This document shows positions 11,067 through 19,923 of a DNA stretch of 32,000 nucleotides, piece by piece (position 1 is the stretch's first letter; every line of letters begins with the position of its first letter). Position numbers and translations under genes: made by a program. The notes beneath the pieces were generated by a model. It made no database searches and was not told the DNA's origin. It saw only the letters and a list, made by a program, of their open reading frames with translations. The DNA is from Candidatus Brocadia sp. (GTDB lineage: Bacteria; Planctomycetota; Brocadiia; Brocadiales; Brocadiaceae), in the NCBI GenBank assembly GCA_021650915.1, contig CP091279.1, positions 990,001 to 1,022,000 of the forward strand, written 5' to 3'.

Positions 11067-11990
11067 ATGGAAATCTTCATAAACCTCCTTGCGCTTACTG
11101 CAAGTCTCGGCGTGCTGGTATTCTTAGGCGAGAAGCTTATTCTGTCCGCACAGAGACTCGCCAGGGCCTTTGGCGTTTCATCGGCAGTCATAGGACTTAC
11201 GGTGCTTGCCTACGGGACGTCGCTCCCGGAATTTGTTGTGTCATCGATGGCCGCTGTCAGACAAAGCAGCGATTTATCGGTTTCCAATATCGTTGGCTCG
11301 AATATCTACAACATTGCTTTCATCCTTGGTGTAGCAAGCATCATAAGCCCTCTCTCAATAAAAGAGACTATCTTCGCAAAAAGGGATGGGCTGGTAATGC
11401 TGTTTGCTGTCATTATCATATGCCTTTTTGCATACCTTGGAAAAATGGGAAGGCTTACAGGAATAGCGATGGTAGCGATCATTGCAGGCTACACCTACAC
11501 GATCATAAGACACGACAGGGTTCACCGCAAGACTGGGCCTGATAAAAATTTATCAAAAATCAAAGAGGCCGTCGTCGTTGTCCTTCTGCTTGCGGGAGTC
11601 CTGATAAGCGGATATTTTACGGTGGATTATGCGGTAAAGCTGGCGCGCTCTGCCGGGGTTACCGAGTGGCTCATCGGCGCAACCATTGTGGCGGCAGGCA
11701 CTTCATTGCCAGAAACGATTGTTTCCATTCTTGCGGCAAGGAAGGGTGAATATGCAATGTCAATCGGAAACATCGTGGGCTCAAATATATTCAATATCCT
11801 CTGGATTCTTGGTTTTGCCTCTATTCTGAACCCGCTAACGATCAATTTTCAAAAGATCTATCCAGACCTCATATTTCTCGCAATTATAACCCTGCTCTTG
11901 TATGCAGCTCTTCGGAAAGGCAGGCTGACAAAGGGAGAGGGGTTGCTGTATATTGCGCTCTATATCGGCTATATCTCTTATCTGCTGTAG
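11067..11990 (+). CDS. Ca2+/Na+ antiporter, CaCA (YrbG-like) family
   Basis: ORF 11040..11990. Likely start MEIFINLL at 11067. Duplicated alpha-repeat motifs GTSLPEFVVS...GSNIYNI and GTSLPETIVS...GSNIFNILWILG. About 10 TM helices. Confidence 0.85.
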   Translation: MEIFINLLALTASLGVLVFLGEKLILSAQRLARAFGVSSAVIGLTVLAYGTSLPEFVVSSMAAVRQSSDLSVSNIVGSNIYNIAFILGVASIISPLSIKETIFAKRDGLVMLFAVIIICLFAYLGKMGRLTGIAMVAIIAGYTYTIIRHDRVHRKTGPDKNLSKIKEAVVVVLLLAGVLISGYFTVDYAVKLARSAGVTEWLIGATIVAAGTSLPETIVSILAARKGEYAMSIGNIVGSNIFNILWILGFASILNPLTINFQKIYPDLIFLAIITLLLYAALRKGRLTKGEGLLYIALYIGYISYLL

Positions 11991-12110
11991 CTGCTCAGCA
12001 TATTATCGAATGCCCTTTCCCCGCCTTTCATTATTCAGCGTAATTATGCGCTTAACACAAAAAGCATCGCCAAAAACGTGACTGTCCCGGTCACCTGCAA
12101 CTTTTTTATT

Positions 12111-12335
12111 CTAGCGATGGCAACTATCTTCCGCCTGTCCTCCTTGTTCGATTGCCCTTGCCAGGTCGTGTTTTGCTGCCTCCAGTTTTTTAGCAGCTGC
12201 TTCGAGATGGTGGGCAAGGCGATCCTCGCCGGTAGCGCGCGCCCGATTGGCCCATTTCAAGAATTCGCTGGCATGTTCGGCATTGTGTTCCAGCCAGTGA
12301 GGCAGTAACTGACGCAATTTTTCAATATCATTCAT
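12111..12335 (-). CDS. Small His-rich helical protein, translationally coupled to cooT
   Basis: 74 aa, MNDIEKLRQLLPHWLEHNAEHASEFLKW...HHLEAAAKKLEAAKHDL. ATGA overlap with the cooT stop. Helical-hairpin-like, no family recognised. Confidence 0.5.
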   Translation of the reverse strand: MNDIEKLRQLLPHWLEHNAEHASEFLKWANRARATGEDRLAHHLEAAAKKLEAAKHDLARAIEQGGQAEDSCHR

Positions 12336-12550
12336 GGTCTATTTCCCTCCTGTCTTGCGCATAGCTGATTTTCCTCAGCGGAAACCAGCAATATCCGGTG
12401 CTTCAGCAAGTCGACACCACTTATCGCACCCTTAACAACGACAGGTTCTTCAAAGAAGGTGCGAATTTGGATACCACCCGCTACTGGTTTAACCCAGATG
12501 ACATCCTCCATTATTTTTTCATCGTTAAGATAGACGCTGGCCTGACACAT
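12332..12550 (-). CDS. cooT: CooT-family nickel-binding protein
   Basis: 72 aa starting MCQASVYL, with the conserved Cys2. Overall pattern (G.IQIRTFFEE....I.GVDL....ILL) resembles Rhodospirillum rubrum CooT as I recall it. Confidence 0.75.
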   Translation of the reverse strand: MCQASVYLNDEKIMEDVIWVKPVAGGIQIRTFFEEPVVVKGAISGVDLLKHRILLVSAEENQLCARQEGNRP

Positions 12551-12659
12551 AGAATTTTCTCCCGATGGAAGTTTTTATTTATGAAGGATGAATTTATCAT
12601 GATAGCGCCGTGTTACAAGAGATCATTCTGGCAATGCACACTGCAAAGGAGACCTAACC

Positions 12660-13700
12660 CTACCATCCAAGCACATACGCAAAGATCAGCGGCGCAATGA
12701 TGGTGGCGTCCGATTCGATAATAAACTTCGGGGAGTCCTTGCCAAGCTTACCCCAGGTAATCTTCTCATTTGGCACAGCGCCAGAATACGATCCGTAGCT
12801 TGTGGTTGAATCGCTGATTTGACAAAAATACGACCAAAGCGGCACGTCAGGACGTCGCAGGTCCTGATGGAGCATCGGCACCACACAGATGGGAAAATCA
12901 CCGGCAATACCGCCGCCGATTTGGAAAAAGCCCAGTCCTTTCGGGGCAATTTGCGTGTACCATTCTGCCAGTAAAACCATATACTCTATTCCGGTTTTTA
13001 CCGTGTGGATATTCCTGATTTCACCAGAGATGCAATGCGCGGCGTACATATTGCCCAGCGTTGAATCCTCCCATCCGGGCACAAAAATCGGCAATTTTCG
13101 TATCGCCGCTTCCATAAGCCAGCTATCCTGCGGGTCGATTTGATAGTATTCCTTAAGTTTGCCACTCAGCAGCGCTTTGCACATAAACTCATGGGGGAAA
13201 AACCGCTCTCCCTGACGATCGGCTGCAAGCCATTCTTCAAGCATCGCGGTTTCAATGCGTCGCAATGCTTCCGCTTCAGGAATACACGTGTCGGTTACCC
13301 TGTTCAGATGTCGCTTGCACAAATTTTCCTCATCATCAGGAGTTAGTTCCCGATAGTTTGGGATACGCACATAGTGTTCGTGTGCAACCAAATTAAAGAC
13401 GTCTTCCTCAAGGTTTGCTCCAGTGCAACAGATACCGTGCACCTTATCCTGTCGAATCATCCCGGCCAGGGAAAGCCCAATCTCGGCAGTGCTCATTGCG
13501 CCGCCTATCGTCACAAACATCTTCCCACCATCTTCAATATGTCGCTTATATGCCCGGGCCGCATCCAACGTAGCAGCAGCGTTAAAGTGCCGATAGTGGT
13601 GGTTCATGAATTGAGAAATGGAACCCTGTGTCAGTGCATATTTTTCTTTATGTACTTTTGTGAATTTTGGTAAATCCTGCAGATCAGAGTCTATTTTCAT
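12660..13700 (-). CDS. Deoxyhypusine synthase-like protein
   Basis: 346 aa. Motifs FVTIGGAMSTAEIG, CCTGANLEEDVFN, NRVTDTCIPE, GGGIAGDFPI and SYSGAVPNEKITWGK are characteristic of the DHS fold/family. Confidence 0.85.
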   Translation of the reverse strand: MKIDSDLQDLPKFTKVHKEKYALTQGSISQFMNHHYRHFNAAATLDAARAYKRHIEDGGKMFVTIGGAMSTAEIGLSLAGMIRQDKVHGICCTGANLEEDVFNLVAHEHYVRIPNYRELTPDDEENLCKRHLNRVTDTCIPEAEALRRIETAMLEEWLAADRQGERFFPHEFMCKALLSGKLKEYYQIDPQDSWLMEAAIRKLPIFVPGWEDSTLGNMYAAHCISGEIRNIHTVKTGIEYMVLLAEWYTQIAPKGLGFFQIGGGIAGDFPICVVPMLHQDLRRPDVPLWSYFCQISDSTTSYGSYSGAVPNEKITWGKLGKDSPKFIIESDATIIAPLIFAYVLGW

Positions 13701-13712
13701 ATAATTTTCTTT

Positions 13713-13910
13713 TTAGTTTCTAAATTTTTCAAAACACAACTGACACTCGATGTAGTTATCGCTGTGACGCAGGTTCGGCAAAACACTGCTTTCGAATGAA
13801 CGTATACCGACTTCCGGTGATTGATAAATCACCTGGACGTTACTCGTATAGACCTTAAACTTTTCATCATAACCACAATTCGGACATACAAAGAAATCAC
13901 ATAACCGCAT
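13713..13910 (-). CDS. Small zinc-ribbon protein (CPxCG...CxxC)
   Basis: ORF 13713..13967. Start moved to ATG 13910 (MRLCDFFVCPNCGYDEK...IECQLCFEKFRN) because AAGGAGA lies 6 nt upstream. Stop is 13 nt before the DHS-like start. Confidence 0.5.
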   Translation of the reverse strand: MRLCDFFVCPNCGYDEKFKVYTSNVQVIYQSPEVGIRSFESSVLPNLRHSDNYIECQLCFEKFRN

Positions 13911-14164
13911 GATGGTCTCCTTTTTCACAACCGGTTCAACAATGCAACGATAGTATTCCTTTAACACGTGCCATTCCTACTGCTAATAAGAAGTTTTGCA
14001 ATGCATTTCTACACGGTGTTTTAAAACAAAGAACGGTGTTTCATTTGTTATTTAATAATGGTAGTAGCAAAGCACGCCCGTGCCACTACACGGGGAGGCA
14101 GACGTTGCCAGAGGTCTGCTCTATTGAATCGTCTTCCCACGGTAAGGATCATAAAATGGGAATA

Positions 14165-14710
14165 TTATTTTATCTCTTCAATTTCTGTGCACACCGTTGT
14201 CTGGTCTGCATTGTGAGGACAGGCAGAAGCGCAGTTCTGTGATTGAAGCCAGCAATGTCCGTCATGTTTGCATTTGTACATCTTCAATTCATTCCGTTTG
14301 AGCTGGTTAGGCCAGGACTTGAAAAATGGCAAAAGGCCATCACTTATTGACGCAAAGGACTTTTGGGCGTCTTGAATGCTTTTTGCTTTTTGCAGGTCTT
14401 CCGCTCCTGCAAGCACGTGCTCCATCATGTGCCTGCCGGCTCCATTTGATTCCGTTTGAATAGCTTGTCTGGCAGCATCTGACATCTTCTGGGCTAAACC
14501 GGAAATGCCATCCAGGTCTTTCTTTACCAAATGAGTATGCACATCCTGGTAGGTTGACAGGATTGTTTGAAGATGAACAACGGTCTTCTTCCCGATGGTA
14601 ATCACGGCTTCATGGGAGTGTCCTTCATGGGCAGAAACAACGGGGAGAGAACCGATAAAGAAGAATACCAATAGTAACACGATTTTTTTACAGCAACGAG
14701 TATTAAGCAT
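14165..14710 (-). CDS. Periplasmic His-rich protein (DUF3347-like, putative metal-related)
   Basis: 181 aa. Signal peptide ...GSLPVVSA|HEGHSHE, helical body, C-terminal CKHDGHCWLQSQNCASACPH. Resemblance to DUF3347 proteins is from memory only. Confidence 0.45.
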   Translation of the reverse strand: MLNTRCCKKIVLLLVFFFIGSLPVVSAHEGHSHEAVITIGKKTVVHLQTILSTYQDVHTHLVKKDLDGISGLAQKMSDAARQAIQTESNGAGRHMMEHVLAGAEDLQKAKSIQDAQKSFASISDGLLPFFKSWPNQLKRNELKMYKCKHDGHCWLQSQNCASACPHNADQTTVCTEIEEIK

Positions 14711-14814
14711 GGCGAACTCCTTTCATTTTATCAATGAGACTGCCTTCGACGGCGACTTTTCAGTTCCCCTCTTTCCAGAAGGGAACCGAAAGATTGAAAT
14801 TCCTATACATTCGA

Positions 14815-14843
14815 TGTAGAGCGACGAGCCTCGTCGCTCTACA
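14815..14843. repeat. Perfect 13-bp stem hairpin TGTAGAGCGACGA-GCC-TCGTCGCTCTACA inside a cluster of short interspersed repeats (14741-15031)
   Basis: Verified base by base. Flanked by TTGAAATTC on both sides. Neighbouring units GGC(T/C)TTCG(G/A)CGGCGACTTTTCA and GAAAG(A/T)TTGAAATTCC are repeated, and partly shared with 9608-9760. Confidence 0.7.
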
Positions 14844-15121
14844 ACTGCAACTTTGAAATTCTTTAACACTTCATTAGGCTTTCGGCGACTTTTCATGATA
14901 AGGTTAAACCCACCCCTGAATCCTCTCCCAGAAGGGGACTTCTTTCGTCCCCTCTTGAGACTTTGTCGTGAGCTCAGTCGAACGAGGGGGTTGGGGGTGT
15001 GTAAGGCGTGAGCGGAAAGTTTGAAATTCCCCAGTCTTAAAAAAACACGGGCAAATAAACCCTGTCCGCGTCACTTAATATTTTCATGAATAAATCGGAA
15101 TTCCCATTATACAACATTTCG

Positions 15122-16982
15122 TAATTAGTGTCTGAACGAAAACGCACTTTTTGTAAAAGTGCGAGGTCGATTTTCTATTTACCAATAGATAATTTTAAGA
15201 TTTGAGATTAGGGTTTTTGGCAAAAATACTGTTCTTTTACATATTTCCCTTGTTTTCCCCTTTATTTTAGCCTTGTCTGGGCGTACCTGCCTCCCGGCAG
15301 ACTGTTTTTCTTCGTGTTTTTTGCTTGCTTAGGCGGCTTTTCGCAACTTTTCGCACTGCTTCCGTGCCTTCTCCTGCAGCACGTTTCCCAGCTTGTGCAA
15401 ATTCGCAGCTAACACGCCCATTGCACAATATCTTTTAAAGGCATGCAGCCCTTTGTCCGGACACCTATCCAAGCCGTGATGCTCCAAACGATTGATATCC
15501 GATTCTACCGCCGAGTGCTTGTGCCTTAGCTTCTTAAATGTCTTACCCGATTCCTCTTCCTGTTCCGCCTTATTCTTCTTGCCCTTCTTGGGAAGGATTA
15601 CCTCTGGTATATACAAACTCAGCAACTCTTTATTCTCTTTCTTGTAAAAACCTTTATCAAAACTTATACTCTTTATTGTGCCTTCTCCGTAACGGCTCAA
15701 CAACCTATCTGCCAATGGAATTACCAACGATACATCCGCCTGTTTTTCTCCTACCACATGGTCCACGATGAAACCCCACTGATCGCTTGCTACCAGAATA
15801 TTATGTCCCAACTCTACCCTTTTGTTTGACTTGCCTTTGTACAGCCACTCCGTATGCGGCTCAAACAACGAATGAACCTTTTCTGCCGCCGGTATTACCT
15901 CATCCCGGATCACCCTTCTCTCCACCAGGTCTATCTGTTTATTCAACATCCCGTGAAAATACTCCAGTGTCCCTATTTTCCCTGCATGCTTGTCTACCTG
16001 GTTCGTCGTTAGCACCTTTTCGTAGATGGCTAACAGACTCGCTCCTATCTTTTCACTCAAACCCCTCGATAATTCCAAGTAACTCCTCACATGCTCTTCC
16101 TTGTTTTTCCCCCCGCTGCTTGACGCCTTTGCGCTTATCCTCATCAGCTTTTTTAACTCTCTCCTCCAATATTTGCTCTTGCGCCATCCTTTCCCCGCCA
16201 GGATGCCTTCCTCTATTGCATCCTCTATCATGTCCAGACTCTTGCGTCCCGCATCCCACAATAAATTCATATCGGTCGGAAAGTGTACATTCGTCTCTAA
16301 CACATACGTATCCACCTTAATACACAGTCCTTCGTCCTTTTTTTTAACCAACTGATGCCCCGATGATATCACCACTTCATTTATCTGCCTGAGGGTCTCC
16401 TCATCCAACAATCTTATATTGTCCTTGATGCTCTGCATCGAAAAAACCTTCGCCTCTCCAAATGCCGTCTCAACCCCCATTATCTGCCTGATAAGTTTGT
16501 GATGGTTGGCAAAATCCTCCAACCTGTCATAATCGGCATCTAACCCTAATCTTACCACCGACAACACCAAAATATGCCATAAATCCATCCCATATCTTCC
16601 CGTCTTTTTCTTCCCCTTCGTTACCTTCGCCTCTAATATCCGGAATACCTCCTCGTTCAACTCCGGTGTAACATAGATATGTTGCAACGCCCTCAGTATC
16701 GGTGGTAGCTCATCTCGACTCTTTATTGGCAGTTTTACCCCTGAAATGGGTATGATGCCAAGCTTCAATTGCTGCTCAAATCTCTTTCTCATCTTCTATC
16801 GAATGTCCTTTGGCTAGTGGGTTAATGAACCGAATATTTGGACTCTTTATACCCAGAATCCCTTCATTTTCGCCATATTTTACCCTTTTACCCGAAAAAA
16901 TTCAATGACTTTCATGAACATTTTTCACCAGCTTCTCCTTACTTTACAGGGCTCTGGGAGGTTTCCGTTCAAACACTAATTA
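15122..16982 (-). mobile_element. Insertion sequence (~1861 bp) with 22-bp imperfect terminal inverted repeats; single DDE transposase; possibly ISNCY (ISDol1-like) family
   Basis: TAATTAGTGTCTGAACGAAAAC at 15122-15143 versus the reverse complement of GTTTCCGTTCAAACACTAATTA at 16961-16982 (20/22 match). Encloses transposase ORF 15329..16792. Family guess rests on recollection of the N-terminal sequence type. Confidence 0.8.
15329..16792 (-). CDS. DDE transposase (IS4/IS5-superfamily-like; likely ISNCY family)
   Basis: 487 aa, MRKRFEQQLKLGIIPISGVKLPIKSRDELPPILRALQHIYVTPELNEEVF...GMDLWHILVLSVVRLGLDADYDRLEDFANHH. This is a typical transposase N-terminus, and the ORF is bounded by inverted repeats. 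Confidence 0.88.
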   Translation of the reverse strand: MRKRFEQQLKLGIIPISGVKLPIKSRDELPPILRALQHIYVTPELNEEVFRILEAKVTKGKKKTGRYGMDLWHILVLSVVRLGLDADYDRLEDFANHHKLIRQIMGVETAFGEAKVFSMQSIKDNIRLLDEETLRQINEVVISSGHQLVKKKDEGLCIKVDTYVLETNVHFPTDMNLLWDAGRKSLDMIEDAIEEGILAGKGWRKSKYWRRELKKLMRISAKASSSGGKNKEEHVRSYLELSRGLSEKIGASLLAIYEKVLTTNQVDKHAGKIGTLEYFHGMLNKQIDLVERRVIRDEVIPAAEKVHSLFEPHTEWLYKGKSNKRVELGHNILVASDQWGFIVDHVVGEKQADVSLVIPLADRLLSRYGEGTIKSISFDKGFYKKENKELLSLYIPEVILPKKGKKNKAEQEEESGKTFKKLRHKHSAVESDINRLEHHGLDRCPDKGLHAFKRYCAMGVLAANLHKLGNVLQEKARKQCEKLRKAA

Positions 16983-17999
16983 AAAGGAAATTGAACAAGT
17001 AATGATTGCCCGGTACTCTTCAAGACCTTCAGCGCCTTGTTGCTCTGATTCATTGTTCAGGTCTTCCCACGTTGGCAATTTTACCAACATCCCAATGCTG
17101 ACGTGTTTGCCAAACGTTGCCCTTAAGCCTGGAGAAAGGTACAGAATAGTCCCACCGGTTGCATCATCTGTCTCGTTCTCATCATCCTGGTCCTTGGTGA
17201 GATGGAGTAAGTTTGATTCTGCAATAATATCGAACCGGGAGAGAAACCCGTTCTTTTTCTCATATATCTCGTAACCGCCTGCTGCATTGAGGCGTATTTC
17301 ATTGCCCGGCTTGCCATCATTATGCTCGGCAAACACGGTAAGCGATGTATCCCCGGTCAGGGTAAAATGAGGAAAGATCATCTTCGATGCAACAAAGCCA
17401 AACTGAAAAGTGGGGGCATCAAAACCCGGCTGCATCCCCATATCAAAGATCTCTCCCTTATTATCCCGATTCGATGTTTCACCGGTAGGCACCGTAAACC
17501 CGGCCTGCAGGGCCATTTTTAAGTCATCCGTGCTGTATTCAGCGCCATAGGAATCTTCCGCACCGTAGCCGTATAAACCACGAATACCGTCCCTCTCACC
17601 ATACTTAAAACCATACTGAAAAATGAACCCCAGGTCTCCCAGACCGCTCGAAGTGCCCAAACTATCCTGTTCTTTTATCGCCACCGGCAATATTGCATAG
17701 ACACTGATGGCGTCGGTAAAGCCGTACCCGACAAGGGTGTTGAAGAAGGTAAAGGTGTCGATATTTTCTGGATCTGCGTGGTCTTTGTGTTCAAAAGGCA
17801 CGTATTCAAACTTTTCGTAGAGCAAAAAGTTTCCCTTGCCAAGGGCCAGGGGAGATGCCGTTTCAATAGGCGCTCCAGGCCCAAATGCCGTAGAAACCCC
17901 GCCGTGATGGGCATAACTGCTGGCTTCATTTATGAGTAAGATAAAAGCGAACAAAATAATGCATGCAAAATAATGGTTGTGTCTTCTTCCCGTTAACAT
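16980..17999 (-). CDS. Outer-membrane beta-barrel protein, paralog of 8501..9547
   Basis: 339 aa. Signal peptide ...LINEASSYA|HHGG, beta-strand periodicity, C-terminal ...CSISF. The stop codon TAA (16980-16982) coincides with the last 3 nt of the IS inverted repeat. Confidence 0.7.
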   Translation of the reverse strand: MLTGRRHNHYFACIILFAFILLINEASSYAHHGGVSTAFGPGAPIETASPLALGKGNFLLYEKFEYVPFEHKDHADPENIDTFTFFNTLVGYGFTDAISVYAILPVAIKEQDSLGTSSGLGDLGFIFQYGFKYGERDGIRGLYGYGAEDSYGAEYSTDDLKMALQAGFTVPTGETSNRDNKGEIFDMGMQPGFDAPTFQFGFVASKMIFPHFTLTGDTSLTVFAEHNDGKPGNEIRLNAAGGYEIYEKKNGFLSRFDIIAESNLLHLTKDQDDENETDDATGGTILYLSPGLRATFGKHVSIGMLVKLPTWEDLNNESEQQGAEGLEEYRAIITCSISF

Positions 18000-18097
18000 G
18001 ATACCTCCGAATCCTCCCGTTAAACGCTGACAAATAAAGCTTGTTCAAGTCAATCAGAAATCTATAAATAAGATATATGATTACCGTACAGACAAAA

Positions 18098-18184
18098 GTT
18101 GTCATTGCGAGTGTACGACATGTGCGAGATGTCAGTGCAATCTAAAGTGGTAATTTAGTTGCTCTCTTTGCTCGCAATGACAAC
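18098..18184. repeat. CATTGCGAG-family hairpin: perfect 14-bp inverted repeat GTTGTCATTGCGAG / CTCGCAATGACAAC with 59-nt spacer
   Basis: Arms 18098-18111 and 18171-18184 read directly. Confidence 0.75.
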
Positions 18185-18192
18185 CAATAACT

Positions 18193-18414
18193 CATAGCGC
18201 GGCACAGCCGCAACCAAATTTCTTTTATGAAAGCGGGGAGATTGCTTCGGAAAAGGCCTCGCAATGACAGCGACCATGCACTTTGATGGCACACGGCACG
18301 TTGTCATTGCGAGTGAAGCGAAGCAATCTTTCCCTCATAAAAAACGGCACCTCCTGAAAGGGGTTTGTGAAAAAACTTACAGAAAAAAAGAAGTTTTTAT
18401 ACAGTAATACTATA
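18193..18414 (-). repeat. 222-bp interspersed repeat, copy A (inverted relative to copies B and C)
   Basis: The reverse complement aligns end to end with 21697-21918 and 29038-29260, with roughly a dozen differences by eye. Contains the nested hairpin GATTGCTTCG...CTCGCAATGACA // TGTCATTGCGAG...CGAAGCAATC. Confidence 0.85.
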
Positions 18415-18516
18415 ACCTTGCCAAAGGCATCTTAGAAATCACCCGATGCCCAATAGTACTACGTATTTAATGTTTGTGCTACCATTGGTCAAAAAAATAT
18501 TTATCGTCTCATCGTC

Positions 18517-19254
18517 TCATCGCCTCATCGCCTCCATTCCATATTGTTGTAACATTGATTGATCAAAAACCAATTCATCCGTGGATCTGTCTGCCACAAC
18601 CGTTCCCTTATCCATAAGCACGCAGCGTTGGGTAACTTCCGAAATCAATGATAAATCGTGGGAGGCAATCATCATGGCAATGGGCAAACCCTTCAGATAC
18701 GTAATCAACCTGCGCCGGTTCCTGTGGTCAAGATCGTTTGCCGGTTCATCAAGGATCAGCAGTTGCGGCTTCATAGCCATTGCAGCCGCCAGGGCGACAC
18801 TCCTTTTCTGTCCGCCCGACAAATGATGCGGGGGCCGGTGACTTACTTCGTTTAGTTCAAAATATGCCAGCCACCGTTCGACCGCTTCCTGTATCTCCGG
18901 CTTCGGCCACCCTAAATTCCGAGGTCCAAAGGCAATTTCCTCCCGGACAGAGGAACAAAAGAGCTGATCGTTTACCTGCTGAAACGTCAGCGCCACGTGA
19001 CGCCTGACTTCACTAATATTCTTATGCTCAGCAAGGGGACGTTCTAATACTTCTATACCGCCCGAAACAGGTTTCAGCAAGCCGTTCAAATGCCAGAAGA
19101 AAGTGGTTTTGCCGGCCCCGCTTGGCCCGATCACTCCCACTTTTTCACGCTGATGAACGGATAACGACAGATCAGACAGCGCCAACCCCCCATTTTCATA
19201 ACGGAAGGATATCTTCCGGGCACGGACAACACAGGACATTGCACAAGACTCCAT
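18517..19254 (-). CDS. nikO: ECF transporter ATPase component (NikO/CbiO)
   Basis: 245 aa. Walker A GPSGAGKTT, Q-loop, ABC signature LSGGQKRSV, Walker B LLILDEP. The start may be the second Met (19239). Overlaps the nikQ 3' end. Confidence 0.85.
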   Translation of the reverse strand: MESCAMSCVVRARKISFRYENGGLALSDLSLSVHQREKVGVIGPSGAGKTTFFWHLNGLLKPVSGGIEVLERPLAEHKNISEVRRHVALTFQQVNDQLFCSSVREEIAFGPRNLGWPKPEIQEAVERWLAYFELNEVSHRPPHHLSGGQKRSVALAAAMAMKPQLLILDEPANDLDHRNRRRLITYLKGLPIAMMIASHDLSLISEVTQRCVLMDKGTVVADRSTDELVFDQSMLQQYGMEAMRR

Positions 19255-19915
19255 ACCAGATCATGCTGGTAAACAAGAACAGGACTATCATACTGCCATA
19301 GGGTAGCGCACCGGCATCATCATTTTCAACCAGGAGCGGATACCTGCCGCTAAATCCACGGGACTGCATGGCTCGCTCAACATTTTCGGCCTGCTCAAAA
19401 CTTGATACCAGCAGACAGCCAATCCCCCCTGCAAGATTGTGAAGGTGCAAAGGATGCACGCCTCTTTTCGCACCACGTGAGGCCTGCGCAGCAAGCATCA
19501 TCTTTAACCGTTCCGTTAAGATCGGCAAAAAACGCGCGGTAAATGCGACGATGTGAATGAACACCGGCGGCGTTCTCAATTTTTCAAACGTCAGCAAAAT
19601 GCGCTCAAATCCCACCCAGTTAATCCAGATCACCACCCACAACCACATAGTCAACATCTTGGTTAAGAGGACAGGGGCCAGAGACCGCCCCTCCTTTGTC
19701 CAAAGCAAGGTAGCGCCCGTTACAAGAAAAAAGATCAATACCCCCTTACAACGCCATGCTGTAACAAACGTCCTTCTCACAACGATCAACGCAAAGAGAC
19801 TGATAATCAATAAAAAAACAACTAGGCAAACAGGACGATTAAACAATCCAAGCCCAACGAGAATCGATACAATCAATACTGTTCCCAGGCGAGTTGCAGG
19901 AGAAGATAGATTCAT
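19196..19915 (-). CDS. nikQ: ECF transporter T component (NikQ/CbiQ)
   Basis: 239 aa, polytopic membrane protein. Has the EcfT-like motif AQASRGAKRG...EQAENVERAMQSRGF. Confidence 0.8.
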   Translation of the reverse strand: MNLSSPATRLGTVLIVSILVGLGLFNRPVCLVVFLLIISLFALIVVRRTFVTAWRCKGVLIFFLVTGATLLWTKEGRSLAPVLLTKMLTMWLWVVIWINWVGFERILLTFEKLRTPPVFIHIVAFTARFLPILTERLKMMLAAQASRGAKRGVHPLHLHNLAGGIGCLLVSSFEQAENVERAMQSRGFSGRYPLLVENDDAGALPYGSMIVLFLFTSMIWYGVLCNVLCCPCPEDILPL

Positions 19916-19923
19916 TACAGATT

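Noticed and set aside
10865-11542. 225-aa ORF 10865..11542
   Set aside because: It starts inside the palindromic element and runs out of frame across the well-supported antiporter gene.
12610-12616. GTGTTAC half-site 60 nt upstream of cooT as a second NikR operator
   Set aside because: No acceptable partner half-site (GTAACAC-like) is present at N13/N14 spacing. A single heptamer can occur by chance.
14793-15031. Recurring (G)TTTGAAATTCC / ATTGAAATTCC strings as a degenerate CRISPR array for the I-C system
   Set aside because: The units are about 10-12 nt, irregularly spaced, embedded in other repeat modules and 7 kb from the cas operon on the wrong side. They do not resemble a 32-nt I-C repeat.
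15273-15325. Hairpin CTGCC-TCCC-GGCAG followed by a T-run as a terminator
   Set aside because: The T-tract is on the plus strand, where no gene ends. The stem is only 5 bp, which is too weak to call.
15538-16355. ORFs 15538..15771, 15787..16320, 16053..16259 and 16101..16355
   Set aside because: They lie antisense or out of frame within the transposase gene, and their translations are Pro/Ser/Leu-rich and low-complexity.
15110-16995. Target-site duplication flanking the IS element
   Set aside because: The flanks (…ACATTTCG | IS | AAAGGAAAT…) show no convincing direct repeat. TAA/TTA adjacent to the ends are part of the inverted repeat itself.
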